Source of the DNA: the human T2T-CHM13v2.0 reference genome, Homo sapiens
Length of the DNA: 64,000 nucleotides
Reading direction: 5' to 3' (one strand)
NCBI RefSeq assembly: GCF_009914755.1
Contig: NC_060940.1
Below the pieces are notes generated by a model, which was given only the letters and a program-made list of their open reading frames with translations, made no database searches and had not been told where the DNA came from. The translations under genes were made by a program, and so were the position numbers. Positions 1-14,711 of the stretch are shown piece by piece. The first letter of the stretch is position 1. Each line of letters opens with the position of its first letter.

Positions 1-311
1 TGGCGCAATCATATCTCACTGCATCCTCAGCCTCCCAGGCTCAAGGGATCCTCCCACTTTAGCCTTCTGAGTAGCAAGGACTGCAGGTGCACACCACCAC
101 ACCTGGTTAACTTTTTTTTGGCAGCGACTGGGTTAATATATGATTTAGTGGGCACCACCACACCCAGCTAACTGGCTATTTATGACTTTTTTGTAGAGAA
201 GAGGTTTTGCCATGTTGCCACAGGGCTGGTCTTGAACTCCTGGACCCAAGCGATCTTCCTGCTTTGGCCTCTCAAACTGCTGGGTGTGGGTGTGAGCCAT
301 TGTGCCTGGCC
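1..311 (-). mobile_element. AluJ-type SINE, cut by window start, rearranged linker
   Basis: Reverse-strand Alu motifs ending in tgtgcctggcc; 'gcaccaccacacc' occurs twice around a non-Alu filler at ~120-150. Confidence 0.9.
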
Positions 312-369
312 TAATTGTCTCATTTTAAAAGAACTTTCATTCAATGAGCAGCATATGTAAGATGTGGGA

Positions 370-505
370 CCTGTGAGGTTGGCAGGCTGAGGTTATTTCC
401 CATTACACAGATGTCGAAACTGAGGCCCAGGGGTCCTGCCCACTGTTACCCACCTGGTAGTGGCACAGTCAAGTATGAACAACAGATCCTGTGTGTCCAG
501 CCCAG
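370..505 (-). mobile_element. MIR fragment
   Basis: MIR core 'cccattacacagatgtcgaaactgaggcccag'. Confidence 0.7.
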
Positions 506-913
506 AACCAATAGAGGGGTTTGGATTTGGGTGGGGTGGAACACACCCACCTCAATTTTCCCAGCCTCTGTCTGTTCTAAGGCCAGAAATCCTCTGAGGC
601 CCCTGAGCTGTGTTTTCCTAAAGCTCTGAAGGTCAAATACGGTGCTGAGGACCTCACACTTAGAATGTGCTGAGAAGGGGTACAGGAATGAAAGCTGCTG
701 GCTTAAGTGAAAGACATATACAAAAAGACCTGGAAATTGTATTTTATCGCAATAGCTATTTATTCCTGCTGTTCGGTGTTACAAAAATGCCGTGTTCCAA
801 AAAGGCTTAAACAAAAGACACTGTTCCACTGACCAAAAATTAAACAGATAAAACACAGTGTGGGGACGAGGTGTGGTAAGGAAAGGAATGAAGAGAAAAG
901 AATATGATAGGAT

Positions 914-1080
914 GGCCAGGCACGGTAGCTGACACCTGTAATCCTAGCACTTAGGGAGGCCGAGACCTGTGGATCTCTTGACCCCAGGAGTTCAAGACCA
1001 GCCTGGGCAACATGGCAAAACATCGTCTCTACAAAAAAACCCATAAATAATTAGCCAGCTAGCCGGGCATGGTGGTGCCC
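914..1080 (+). mobile_element. Alu left arm / partial AluJ
   Basis: ggccaggcacggtagct...aggagttcaagaccagcctgggcaacatgg; truncated before a microsatellite. Confidence 0.9.
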
Positions 1081-1087
1081 ACTAAAC

Positions 1088-1090
1088 CAT

Positions 1091-1123
<33 letters not shown>

Positions 1124-1192
1124 TATATATCTGTGTGTGTCTATATATATGTTTTTTGAAAGGTTCTAAATATTATATATATTATATATACA
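1088..1192. repeat. (CA)n/(TA)n compound microsatellite
   Basis: Dinucleotide runs read directly. Confidence 0.9.
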
Positions 1193-2500
1193 TGATGGGA
1201 AATTCAATTTGCCACCAGAAGCATTTAAAATAATACCATAGGTTTTATGAGAGATATGACCTCTGTCTCTGAGCTTATGAGACATGTGAGAGATATGAAT
1301 TGTCTTTGAGCTTCCTAGCAGGCAATGCAAAGAGGGAAACACAATTAGTTATTTGAATCTGTGTCACAGACGAGATTCCTCACTTCACAAAAAAAACTCT
1401 CCCATCTCTATTTTTTTCGTGTTATTATCTCTTGATTGTGTTCTGTTTCTCACATATCAGTTCCATCTCTGTATTTGCTGAGCTGATCTGTGTATCCAAA
1501 ATGACCTGCTGTGCAGGGCTCTTCACAATAGCCCCTGAAATTCAGAGAGGCTGGCTGATGTGGATCCCTGTACAGCTCTGGTATAGTCAAGTGTTTATTT
1601 ACTGAGCGTCACCTGAACAGACTGGCGATGAAGGAGAAGTTTAAAACCACTTTGGTAGGAGACGATGCCACCAGAATAGCAATGGGAAATGAAGCAGAGA
1701 AATCCCTGGCATTAAAGTTGAAGTGAATGAGAAAAGCACATTTGTGTTGACATCATCCCTGTTGGCCCACACATGGTCTTTCAGAAACACTTTCCTGCAC
1801 AAAGTGGGGCACATGGGAATACAGAGGCCACTTCCTCACATCTCTCCACACTTTGCCCAGTCCCACGGTCAGGGATGAGACGTTCATCCACTTCATCTCA
1901 GCCCTGAGCACTAAGGGGGCCACAGTGGGCAGGGTCACTGTGTGGGAGCCTCAGGAACCAGGACTCTGGCACATGCTGGGCAGCTCCATGCAATGGAATT
2001 GTAAGCTGAGTTGGGCTCCCTGCAGGCATGGGAGCATTTCAGAGCCAAAATTCCCACCTGCAGCTACAAGCAAAGAGAGTGGAGGTCCTACTTTAGCTAA
2101 CCCGTAAAGCGGGCACTTCCAAGAAGACTTTTACTGGAACTCTGTGCTAGAAGATTGGGAAGTTGATTCTCTGTCGGCTACCCCCACTGCTGCCTAGGGG
2201 TCCTGGAAGGTTGGGAGGGGAGGAGAGGTGACTGCAGGACAGGGTATCATGGCATCCCCGAGTTTACCTCCACCAAACACACCCAAAACCTCTGTTTAAC
2301 ACCCAACAACTAGTATTTAATTTTCATTCCGCTGACCTGGGAGCATCTCTCTAATGGAACTTCCACTTAGCATAGCCACTGAAGTTCCCCAGGGACAGTG
2401 GTACCAATTAAATAACGTGACACTTTGGAGGTGTAAAGCTATGTATTTACTCCCAAACCAGAGGCTTGGGTAGTTTTTAACATAAAGATTTTCTCCCTCC

Positions 2501-2797
2501 TTTTTTTTTTTTTTTTTTTTTTTTTTGAGACTGAGTCTCCTTCTGTAGTGCAGCGGCACAATCCTGGCTCACTGTAACCTCTGCCTCTTGGCTTCAAGTG
2601 ATTCTCCTGTCTCAGCCTCCTGAGTAGCTGGGATTATAGGCACCCATCACCACACCCAGCTAATTGTTTGTAATTTTGGTAGCGACAAGGTCTTACCACG
2701 TTGCCCAAGCTGGTCTTGAACTCCTGAGCTCAAGTGATCCTCCCTCCTCGGATGCCCAAAGTGCTGGGGTTACAGGCGTGAGCCACCACGCCCGGCC
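2501..2797 (-). mobile_element. Alu (S/J-type)
   Basis: Poly-T followed by reverse Alu body ending cccggcc. Confidence 0.95.
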
Positions 2798-2934
2798 AGA
2801 ATCTCTCTCTTAAGAGTCACCACTAGTGCCCAATGTTTACTGTTCAGAAAGGTCATTGCCCAGCAGTTGCAGGCAAGAAACCCTGGACGCATCTTGGGGA
2901 AATGCATCTAAACAATGCAGAGCAGAAGACAGGA

Positions 2935-3065
2935 GGGGTTCATGCTCTGAGTACAGGCTCTGGGGTCAGAGAAGAATGGGTCCAGATCCCAGCTCCATGG
3001 CTGTGCAATCTTGAACAAGTTGCTTAACCACTCTGGGCCTCACTGTCCTCACCTGTAAAATAAGG
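2935..3065 (+). mobile_element. MIR fragment
   Basis: 'gatcccagctcc...aacaagttgcttaaccactctgggcctcactgtcctcacctgtaaaat'. Confidence 0.75.
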
Positions 3066-4271
3066 TGTTCCTGAGGCATTAGGAATGCCCTGGGCGACTG
3101 TGCTGAGAATGCAGGAGCAGTTACAAGGCTAAGCAACTGTTCCTCTGAAGGGGTCCCCTGCTCAGCAGAGCCTCAAAATTTGGTCCTGTCTCTGCTTAGG
3201 GCTTTCTGACAAAGCAGAGTGGGGAAGGGAAAGGGAGGTTTCTGGAAAAGCCAGTGGCCAACTTCTGGGTACCGCGGACAGGTGGCAACACCTGTCCAAG
3301 GACCAGGCATCTCTCAGGCTGTTTCTAGGCTGCTCCACATGAGGGAGAAATGATGGGCTTTGCTGGCCAGCCCAACACCGTCAGAGGGCATGTTACTGCT
3401 CGAAAGTACAAAATAAGCAGAGTGCGCATAACTAAACACTATTTTTATCGTCTTTCCGCCACTCTCATGCCACAAGCAAGAGCTGCTGTGTAAGGGAGGG
3501 TGGCAGGGAGATGTTTATTCAGAGCATGGGGTGGCCTGAATACCAATGGGGCCAGTTGAGAGGCTGTGTTGTAAGGGCTTTTAGGGGACAGCACCCAGGA
3601 GAATCGCAGCCACCCTCAAGGCTGACCTAGGAGACAAAATTGCCTTCCTCCCCAAACTCAGCCCTGCACCCTGCTGCCCTGGGTGAGGACCTTATCTTTC
3701 CCCCACCTAGGAATCTGCAAGGGTATCTTTCCCTTAGCATCAGGAACAAAACTTACCCTCCAGCTCTGGGCAAGAAGGATCTGAAAATGACAGTTCTAGG
3801 GTCGTTTGGGGCAGGTACAAGCACCCTTATTCCTGGTGTCCAGACAGTGCATGGTGTAGGTATACAGCAGGTACTAGATGACAATTCCATAAAAGAAGTA
3901 ACATCCAAGGGCTTGGGAGGCATCTACGAAGAATGGCAACAAAACCCTTGCCTTCACAGAACTTTATTCTAGCACAGGGACACAGAAAGATGACAGATAT
4001 AACAAATAGTGCACAGAATAGGGTAGAAGAGAGAAGTCAGTGGTTAGGATGATGCAATGGGTGCATTTCTTAATAAGGTGGTCAAGGCAGGCTTTAGACT
4101 GAAAAGGTGAGGTATAAGCAAAGACTCCCAGTGGGTAAGTGAGCATGCTGCTTGGCTAACTGGGAAAAAGCATTTCGGGGACAGGGAAACTGCTGTGCAA
4201 AGGCCCTGAGGTGACAGCAAGCCTCACGTTGCTGGTGGAGACCAGCAAAGAAGCCAGGGTGGAGGAAGTAA

Positions 4272-4878
<607 letters not shown>

Positions 4879-6292
4879 CCACTGTAAGGCCTCTGGCTTT
4901 TGCTCTGAATGAGCTGGGATTATTTGGTGAATGAATGAACCCCCTCTGTGCTTGCACTGATGATAACACAGACTGTAAATCTGGAGGTGTTTCATCTTCC
5001 TCCAAACCATTTCTCGCATTCATAGAGTAAGGAAGAAAGAAAAGACACCTTTTTTTTTTTTTTCTCCCTGCGCCAAAAGCACACAGTGGAACTCCTGGTT
5101 TTGAAATGTCCTATTTTATGTGGGACCTAAAAGGATGCCAACTGTCTTCTGGCCTAGTGACAACAAAAGTGACTTCTTGGAAAGCTGCGGTAACATGGAG
5201 GTGGCTAGGGAGCAGTCCAAGGGAACAAAACAAAACAAAACAAAACAAACCTAAACCAAACCATGTTTAGCAAGGCCTGGGGGGTGTTGGGGTACCACAG
5301 GAGGCAGGCTCAGCGCGTTTATCCCCATGTAAAGATTGCAGAGATGGGGCTGGGGCTTCGCGGGTGATTTTTTTAGTGCTTTCACCTCTAATCTCCAAAT
5401 CCTAGCCCTGCTCCTTCCAGAAACCTACAGCCTTGCCTAAATTTTGTGTGGGTGATTAAAGCAGAGGACCCGATTCCCTGTTCCTGCCTCTCTGTTTGTG
5501 AATAATCAAAGGCTAATCAGCCAAGGCCCCAGGGGACAGGAAATTAGACGTGCAAGATACCAGAGAGGCTCTGAGAATAAAACTGCGAGGTGAATCTGAC
5601 ATCAATGCCAGCAGGGGTGTCTGGGCTCTGATGGGCAGGAGCGCAGAGCCCGGGGCCAACTGGGGACAAATCCGATTTCTCCAGGGCTCAGCTGACCTCT
5701 GGCTTACACCAAAGACAGAGAAGGACAGGCTGCAAGAATCTGGCTTTTCTCCATCAGCTCAGGGATCAGTCAAATCAAAGCATTAAGAATCCAGGGTGAA
5801 CTCTGATATTAGCGAGGGCAAAGGGGATGTTCTCCAGACTGACACAAACCACCGGGGTTCAAATCCCCGCTCCTCCACTTCCTGGCTGTGTTACAGTCTA
5901 AGGTCTTTGAGTCTCAATTTCCTTATCTGTAAAATGGAATCAAATACAAATAATCAGGAATGACTTTCCGAGTTTCTTTTGGTAGAAGAGTGGAAATGAA
6001 TGGAGAGGAGGAAGCAGAAGTACTATTTAGTGACTCTTGTGAGCTAGACATTGTGCTCAATGCTTTAGATTTATGTTTATCGAATTCTCCTAACAACTCA
6101 ATGCAGTATTGGATATTCCATTTTCATATGAAAATGCTGAGGTCTCAAAGGATAAAGCACTTGCTTGAGTCAGGGAAATGAATCCCCTTTCCATCTGCCT
6201 CCAAATCCATGTTTTATTAGTAACACCACCCAACACAGAGCACTTTGAACTTCTCATGTGTACTGCCATGCTGGGTCCTTATAATATATATC

Positions 6293-6748
6293 AGCACGGG
6301 TGCAGTGGCTCACGCCTATAATCCCAGCACTCCAGGAAGCCAAGGCAGGAGGATCACTTGAGGCCAGGAGTTCGAGAACAGCCTGGGCAACAAAGTGAGA
6401 CCCGCCCCCACCGACGGTGTCTCTAGGAAAAGTAAAAAACTTAGCTGGGTATCATGGAGAACGTCTGTAATCCCAGCACTCTAGGAAGCCAAGGCAAGAT
6501 CACTTGAGGCCAGCGGTTCAAGACCAGCCTGGAGAACAAGTGAGGACCCCATCTCTAAAGAAAATGAAAAAAAAAAAAAAACTTAGCTTGGTATGGGGGC
6601 CCATGCCTATAGTCCTCACTACTCAGGAGGCTGAGGTGGGAGGATCACTTGAGCCTAGGAGGTCGAGGCTGCAGTGAGCCATGATCATGCCACTGTGCTC
6701 CAACCTAGGCCACAGAGTGAGACCTTGTCTCTATAAAACAAAACAAAA
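6293..6748 (+). mobile_element. Trimeric AluJ (left arm duplicated)
   Basis: Two B-box-containing left arms, then one right arm and A-rich tail. Confidence 0.85.
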
Positions 6749-7091
<343 letters not shown>

Positions 7092-7379
7092 CTACAGATG
7101 AGGAAACTGGAGCACATCCTGTAAGGTCTCACTTGCCAAAATTTTTGTCTCCAAGAGAAAACCAGACCCTCCCTTACAAAACAAGTCAAAATGAGTGTAA
7201 AATCGGTTCCGTCAGGTGACAGCCATGAGGAGACGGATGGTGTCACATCTAGTGGGGGCGAGGGAATGGGCTGGAGGTATAGTGTGTCCAGTTGCAGGAC
7301 CAAAAAACCTTGGCCCATAACTAACGTTCCCTGCACAGCCACCCCATGCCACACGCAGAGCCCAGGAGATCTCATCTCA

Positions 7380-7520
7380 TCTTCACAGCACGCCTGGTGG
7401 CGAGTGCCCTCACTGTTCCCATTTTACAGATGAGGAAGATGAGGCTCAAGGAGCTGACGTCATTTATACCACACTGCTATTGAGTGGAGGACTGCAGAGT
7501 TGAACCGGGTTGCTTAGCAC
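7380..7520 (-). mobile_element. MIR fragment
   Basis: 'cccattttacagatgaggaagatgaggctca'. Confidence 0.7.
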
Positions 7521-7759
7521 CTTTCCTGCTGCTCTGAGGTCCCTTAAAGTCTCTGTGAAGCGTAAGGATGGGAGGTGGGAGTCCTGAAAAACTGGTCTAC
7601 CTGCTGCTGTGCGAGATTGAGTTGGGACAGTCAGCTCTCCCCTCTCTGGCCTCAGTCTTCACCCGGCAGGGAAGGGGCTCCACTGAAGGTCCTTCAGCTC
7701 TGACCTCCTGTGCTGCTCTTCATAGACCGTCAGCTGCTGCTTCCTAATGCAAATGCTGT

Positions 7760-8170
7760 CACTTGCCTCAGGGCCTTTGCACTTGCTGTTCTCCAGGCCA
7801 GGAAAAATATCCGTCTGGATATCCTCATGGTTCACTCCTCAAGCAACTTGTCAGAGGACACGCCCTATGAGAGCCACCACCCCCTGCCCCATAGGCATTC
7901 CCCATTCCTCTAATTATGTTGCTCCTCAGGCCACGTATCACTCTCTGGGCTATTAAAGATTATAATTATAATCTACAATGTCTATTATTAATATGTATAA
8001 TATATATTTGCTTATTGTCTGAATATATTCTATTTATATATAATATTATGTATTTGCCTATTGTCTAAATCTTCCAACTAGAACGCAAGCTACTTTTTTA
8101 TGTCCCTTCAGTATGCACAAACCCTGGCACATGACAGGCATTGGGTAAATATTTGTGGAATGAATGCCTG
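7760..8170 (+). mobile_element. L2 3' fragment
   Basis: 'ctcagggcctttgcacttgctgtt'...'taaatatttgtggaatgaatg'. Confidence 0.7.
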
Positions 8171-9443
8171 GATGCATTAAATCCATTTCTGGGCACCTAC
8201 TGCACTTAAGGCAGACGGGAAATGCACGTGGTTAACCCACCACCACCAGAGCATCCAGCTCCATGCCTTTATCAACCTGGCCACCATGTTTCATCAGCAA
8301 ATGTGAATTGGGGGAAATAACAGAATGAAGAGGGGGTGGCAGTAAGCCCCAGCAGGCTTCAGGACCAGATAAAGGAGGCCAAAAGATTCCATTTGCACAA
8401 AATACCATGCAGCCCTCTCCATCCCGTTAACCCGCTCTTCCTCAAGGAACTTCCAGAACAAACTATTGCCAAACACCATTGAGTTTAATTACTCAGATGA
8501 TATTAATAGTGCAGCCAGCTTTAATTACAGACGACGCTGCTGCACAGGGGCTAAAGACACCCTCTGAATTGCTAGCGTCCCTTCCACCTCGCTTCTCTAG
8601 CTGAGGTCGCCATATGTGGGAGTTGATTTAGCCTTGACTCTGCCATAGAGACTTACCAGCAAGCTTTAGGAGAAGAGAGGCTTTTTGTCCCCTGCAGAAT
8701 TGAATGGGGGCCACTCATGCTAGATTTCCCTAACTGCCAGAACATAGCTCTTATATAATGAAGGCCCAGGAAGGTCTGCAGAATGAGACTGGTTCGAGTT
8801 CTTAGAGAAAAGTTTCAGAAAGACGAGGGACACAGGAAGGATTCTGCTTTTCCCCCATCCTGGTGGACATGAAGGACCCAGGATAAGCTATGATGCTGCT
8901 TTATTAACGACCCTTTTTCAAAGCACTGACCCCGGCAGCAGGAATGGAATCTGGCCGCCTAGGCTTTCTGTTAATGAGATGAGAACTGAAGTTCAAAAAT
9001 AAACTGTGGGAAGCCTGGTAGGGAAATACCAGATGACAAGAGGATAATCTGGTGACCAAAGGCATAAAAGGTGGCGGGGGTGGGGAGCCCACAGCTAAAT
9101 CAATAACCAGGTCGGGAGGAATTTGGGGGTCAAAAGAGTGGCTTAGCTGTTAAGAACATGGTGAAAACTGACCTTGGATGGCTCCGTAAGAATCTTAGCT
9201 TTGTGGAGATATTTTTGTGCCTCTGACAAAATGCTATCTTTTAAGAAGTGTGCACAGACTTCATTTCTAGGCATGTAACCTTCACATTTAACTTGCATTT
9301 AAGCAAAATGATATGCGTGTAGGGAGGATTGCTATGGCGAGTTTTTAATTGCCAAAGACTAGAAACCACTTCAGCCTCAGCAGTTGTGGTATGGTTAAAT
9401 AAACCATGCTATGTGAATGCAAATGCAAAATAATGCAGCTATT

Positions 9444-9459
9444 TCTTTCTTTCATTCTT

Positions 9460-9490
<31 letters not shown>

Positions 9491-9774
9491 GAGATGGAGT
9501 CTTGTTCTGTTACCCAGTCTGGAGTGCAGCGGCACGATCTCGGCTCACTGAAACTGCTGCCTCCTGGGTTCAAGTGATTCTCCTGCCTTAGCCTCCCGAG
9601 TGGCTGGGGTTACAGGCACCTGCCACCATACCTGGCTAATTTTCATGTTTTTAGTAGTGACGGGGTTTCATCACCACCTTGGCCACGCTGGTCTGGAACT
9701 CCTGGGCTCAGATGACTGCCCACCTTAGCCTCCCAAAGTGCTGGAGTTACAGATGTGAACCACCGCGCCCAGCC
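9444..9774 (-). mobile_element. AluS within an old L1M fragment (~9240-9900)
   Basis: TSD taatgcagctatt at 9431-9443 and 9775-9787. Confidence 0.95.
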
Positions 9775-10041
9775 TAATGCAGCTATTAAAAAGAATGGGG
9801 GCCATGATATATATACTGAACCAGAACAATCGATGAGCTAGATAGGTAAGCGACAAAAGCAAGACACAAAATAACACGTACAGTTTGCTGCTATAAGTTA
9901 GACTGTGCTTTAAGCACCGTCTAGAGCAATCCATAAGACAATTCAGATCCTTTCTCATTAGCTGTGCAACTCTGGGTATGTTACTTTACCTCTCTGGGCC
10001 TCCGTTCCTTTCTCTCTCAACTAGAGCTTTAATAGGAGTTA

Positions 10042-10443
<402 letters not shown>

Positions 10444-10945
10444 TTAGATATTGCAATGGTCAGCCGTCCCCCAAAGCTCAACCCTATCTGATAAAATCTT
10501 TTCCCACAGTATTTAATTTCTCTCACAAGGGAGAATTTATATTAAATTAAATTTTTCTTCTTGGGAGGGTGATAATGAAAGAAAGTAATGCTTGAGTAAT
10601 ACTGAGCTAAAGTACTCAGAACAGCGTGAAGCAGATGGGGTGACATTTACCTTGCAATGTCGCTGCCAAGTTTAAATACAATAATAGATGCAAAGGCCAC
10701 AGTGCGAAGGCGTTTCATCAGACTCCACCGCAACAACAGGTGGCGAATGCTAATATCAACTCTCACTTCTTAGATGAAGACTCGGAGGTTTACAAAAGTG
10801 GAAAGACTAGGCCAGAGGTCAGCATCTGAGCTGGAATTTTCACCTGGTCTCTCTCTCAGACTAAGAGCTTCCTCTTTATGCTCCAGTGGTGCTTGGAGAC
10901 CACATGGTCTGTTTGTTCTGGTAGCTTCCCTAAAATACATGTCAG

Positions 10946-11267
<322 letters not shown>

Positions 11268-12226
11268 ATACATGTCGAGGTCAACCCAGGCCCAGGTACC
11301 AGGATGTGTCCTTACTCTGCTGAGTATCAGCATAAGATGTCGAGTCTAGACCAGGGGACACCGTCGTAGCAGACAGCCATGAATACCTCATCCTGTCTGC
11401 TGTTAGCAAGCTGCAAAGCCTGCTGGTCCTTCCTCTTCCTCCTCTTGTGAGGCCCTCTGGAGAAATTTCCATCTGAACTGAGCACTGAGAACAGATCCAC
11501 CTGCCATGAGCAATGGCCTGTGTCAATTATTTGGATACAGGGCAGTGGAAGGGACAGATTTGTTTTCCTTGATGGCAGCCAGAAAGCTCTTTGTCAAATC
11601 TCCAGTTCCCCACCATGGTGTAGGTGTTAATACCTATTCCAGCTCCAAGGTATGATGGTCCTATGGTTGTGTTTCCTTTCTTTGTCTCAGTTTTAATTTT
11701 TGCAGTCTTATTTTGTTTAGTACACCCATGCAGACTGCCATAAACCCTTCCTGAAAGAGGGATGGGTGTAAAGAGATGAATCAACAAACCACAGAACTTC
11801 AAAAGGTTCCAGAAAAAAGCCACCACTGGCACAATAACGGGTTACTCAATCCCCCAAGGCTTTTGAGGAAGACTAGGGAAGGAAGGGGTTGACCTTGGGT
11901 CTAGAATGGGTGAGGGGGAGAGAAAAGAGAAAGCGAGAGAGAGCTAGCAAGTGAGCACACATGTGACCGTGAGCTTAATGCAAGGGGATAAGCTGGGGTA
12001 GGGTTGGCAGTATGGGTAGGGAAGGGGAGTACATGGGAAAGGAAAGGGGAGGACTGGAGCTTCAGTCGTGATGGATCTTGAAAGACAGACCACTCACTGA
12101 TTCCTTGGTTTACTCATTCATTCATTCAAGAACTACCATGTGCAAAGAATTGGGCTCCCTGCATGAGATACAATGATGTAAAAAATAATGACGTGGTTCC
12201 TGCCCTCATGGAAATCATATTTAGTT

Positions 12227-12454
12227 CAGGGGTTGGCAAACTACAGCTTTAAGACCAAATCTGGCCTGCAATCCTCTTTTGCGAACCAAAGTTTTATTGG
12301 TACACAACCACTCCCGTTCATTTGCATATTATCTACAGCTACTGTACAGCCACGCTGGCAGAACTGCTTAGCGGTGACAGAGCCCATGTGGCCAGCAAAG
12401 GCTCAGATATTTACTAATCTATCTGGTCCTCTACAGACAGTTTGCACACTTCTG
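12227..12454. mobile_element. MER58A-type hAT-Charlie element
   Basis: Terminus caggggttggcaaac; internal 'aaagttttattgg...tggccagcaaaggctcagatatttacta'. Confidence 0.8.
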
Positions 12455-12994
12455 CTTTAGCTGCTATTACTGTTGCTGTTGCATATTATTTGTGAGCATA
12501 TAAAAATGTTTCCAATAAACAAAGAGACATGTTGATGCCCCCGTGAGTCCCCAGTTTTCTCTGCCATAAAACTGGCATAAGAGGGCCATTGTGAGGGTTC
12601 TAGGAAAAGCTCTAAGAAATAAGCCCAGAACACAGACACCTACAATCCTTTTACATTTTCATTACTAATGATATTACAATGGCTGGGAGTAAGAGGAGGA
12701 ATCATTTCACGCCACATGTCTGTCTTTAAAACACATTCAGCCTTTTCACTCTGATTCTAGAAACAGGTATGATTAGTTGATCAATGGGACCTCAATCTAG
12801 ACAATCCAGGCATTTGACCACATTCTCCTGATTTTTCAGATGAAGATTTTTTTTCCCATCATTTTGACATTTCTGGAACTGAGGCTTATCTTATAAACAC
12901 TGTGTACATATGATTTATTAATTTGTATTTGTTAAGAGCAAATGATGTGGCAGACACACAAGATACAGGAACAAAATACATATGTGAGCAATGC

Positions 12995-13033
12995 ATGTGT
13001 GTATATACATGTGCGTGTGTGTGTGTGTGTGTA
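12995..13033. repeat. (TG)n-rich microsatellite
   Basis: Read directly. Confidence 0.85.
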
Positions 13034-13072
13034 CAGGTGCATGCAGATATATATGATAGTTCATAAGACATC

Positions 13073-13138
13073 AATTTATGCTAACGTTGGAAGGTAAGAA
13101 GGCATAATTTATGCTTATGTTGGAAGGTAAGAAGGCAG
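13073..13138. repeat. 33-bp tandem duplication (2 copies)
   Basis: aatttatgctaacgttggaaggtaagaaggcat / aatttatgcttatgttggaaggtaagaaggcag. Confidence 0.9.
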
Positions 13139-14410
13139 TAACACCTTAAAGTCTGTCAGTTGGTAATAACCATCGTGGTGAAGGGAAAAAAAAGTAGATC
13201 AGAGGAACAGAGGAGAGCAGCAGTTTGCAATTTTCAGAGCAATGGCTGGGATAGCATTCCTCCCAAAATGACCTTTGATCAAAGACCAGAGGCAGGTGAG
13301 GAGCAGATGTGCTGGAATTCTGGCTTCAGGCACAGGTAAGGGCAGGTGCAAAGATGACTATCTCTGTCAGTGTGTCTTTTTTTCCCCCTCCTTCCTCCCC
13401 AAAGCTGTTGCCAACACAATACTGTCCTCCAGTCACAGAAATGCTGTATGTGGATGGTATAAGCATGCTGCGAAAAAATGCTGCAGGGATTTGGACCATT
13501 TGGACCGCGCAGGGGAGGGTGTTAAAGTGATTGTAACATGTTTTATTTCAGCTAGTTCTTCAAGCTCAGCTCCTTTGAAATAGCTGACATGTTTTCTTGG
13601 CCCTCAACCTGCTGTAAGCCTACGTCCAAAAGCGTCATATGTCAACAACCTGGTAAATCCACAGTTAAGATTTTTTTTTTCCCACAAAAAGTCATGGGAA
13701 CCAAACAGGCTCTGACCAAAGTTGCTGGACCAGTTAAACCACTACCAGTTACTTCTTTGCCCACGGTGAGTAAGGCTGCTTGGGAAGGTAACCTATTTTC
13801 TCTGAATACTCTCAAAGCATTCAAGATAAATATATCTATTCATTTGTATATCCCCCAACTTGGCACAGATGAGGCCTTGGGTTTGGATAGTAAAATTTAA
13901 CACTACCCTATGACATTTCAATGCTAAGTTTCTTGGCAAACTCACCAAGATTGCAGCTGTAGGCCCAGAAAGAAAGGGTGACAGCTTCCAGATGGCACAG
14001 GAATGATCTGGAAGTCCTTGCATGTTTATAGCACCACTCAGTGCCGCAGGGTGCCCACTGTGGGCCGGGGGTCATGTTTAATTTCACTAACTCCTGATGA
14101 TGAGCCTGCATCATCTCCCTATTGTACAAAGGAGGCGACAGAGGTTCAGCAAAGTGCTGACTGCAAAGCCATCCCAGTTCCCCAAATCAGGATGCCCCCT
14201 TGTCTTGACCACCCAGGACAGGATGGGAGTCATTCTCCAACTTAGATTCCAGTTCATGTGTCCAATGTGAGCCTAAGACTACAGTAACTAATCTCACTAC
14301 TTTCCCTATCTAGTTTCCAAAACAAAATGTCCTCTGGATAAGAGCGAACAGCAGAATGGAGTTTGTGTGTATGTGTGTGCAGCTTTAGTTTTCTTAATAT
14401 TTACATATAA

Positions 14411-14711
<301 letters not shown>

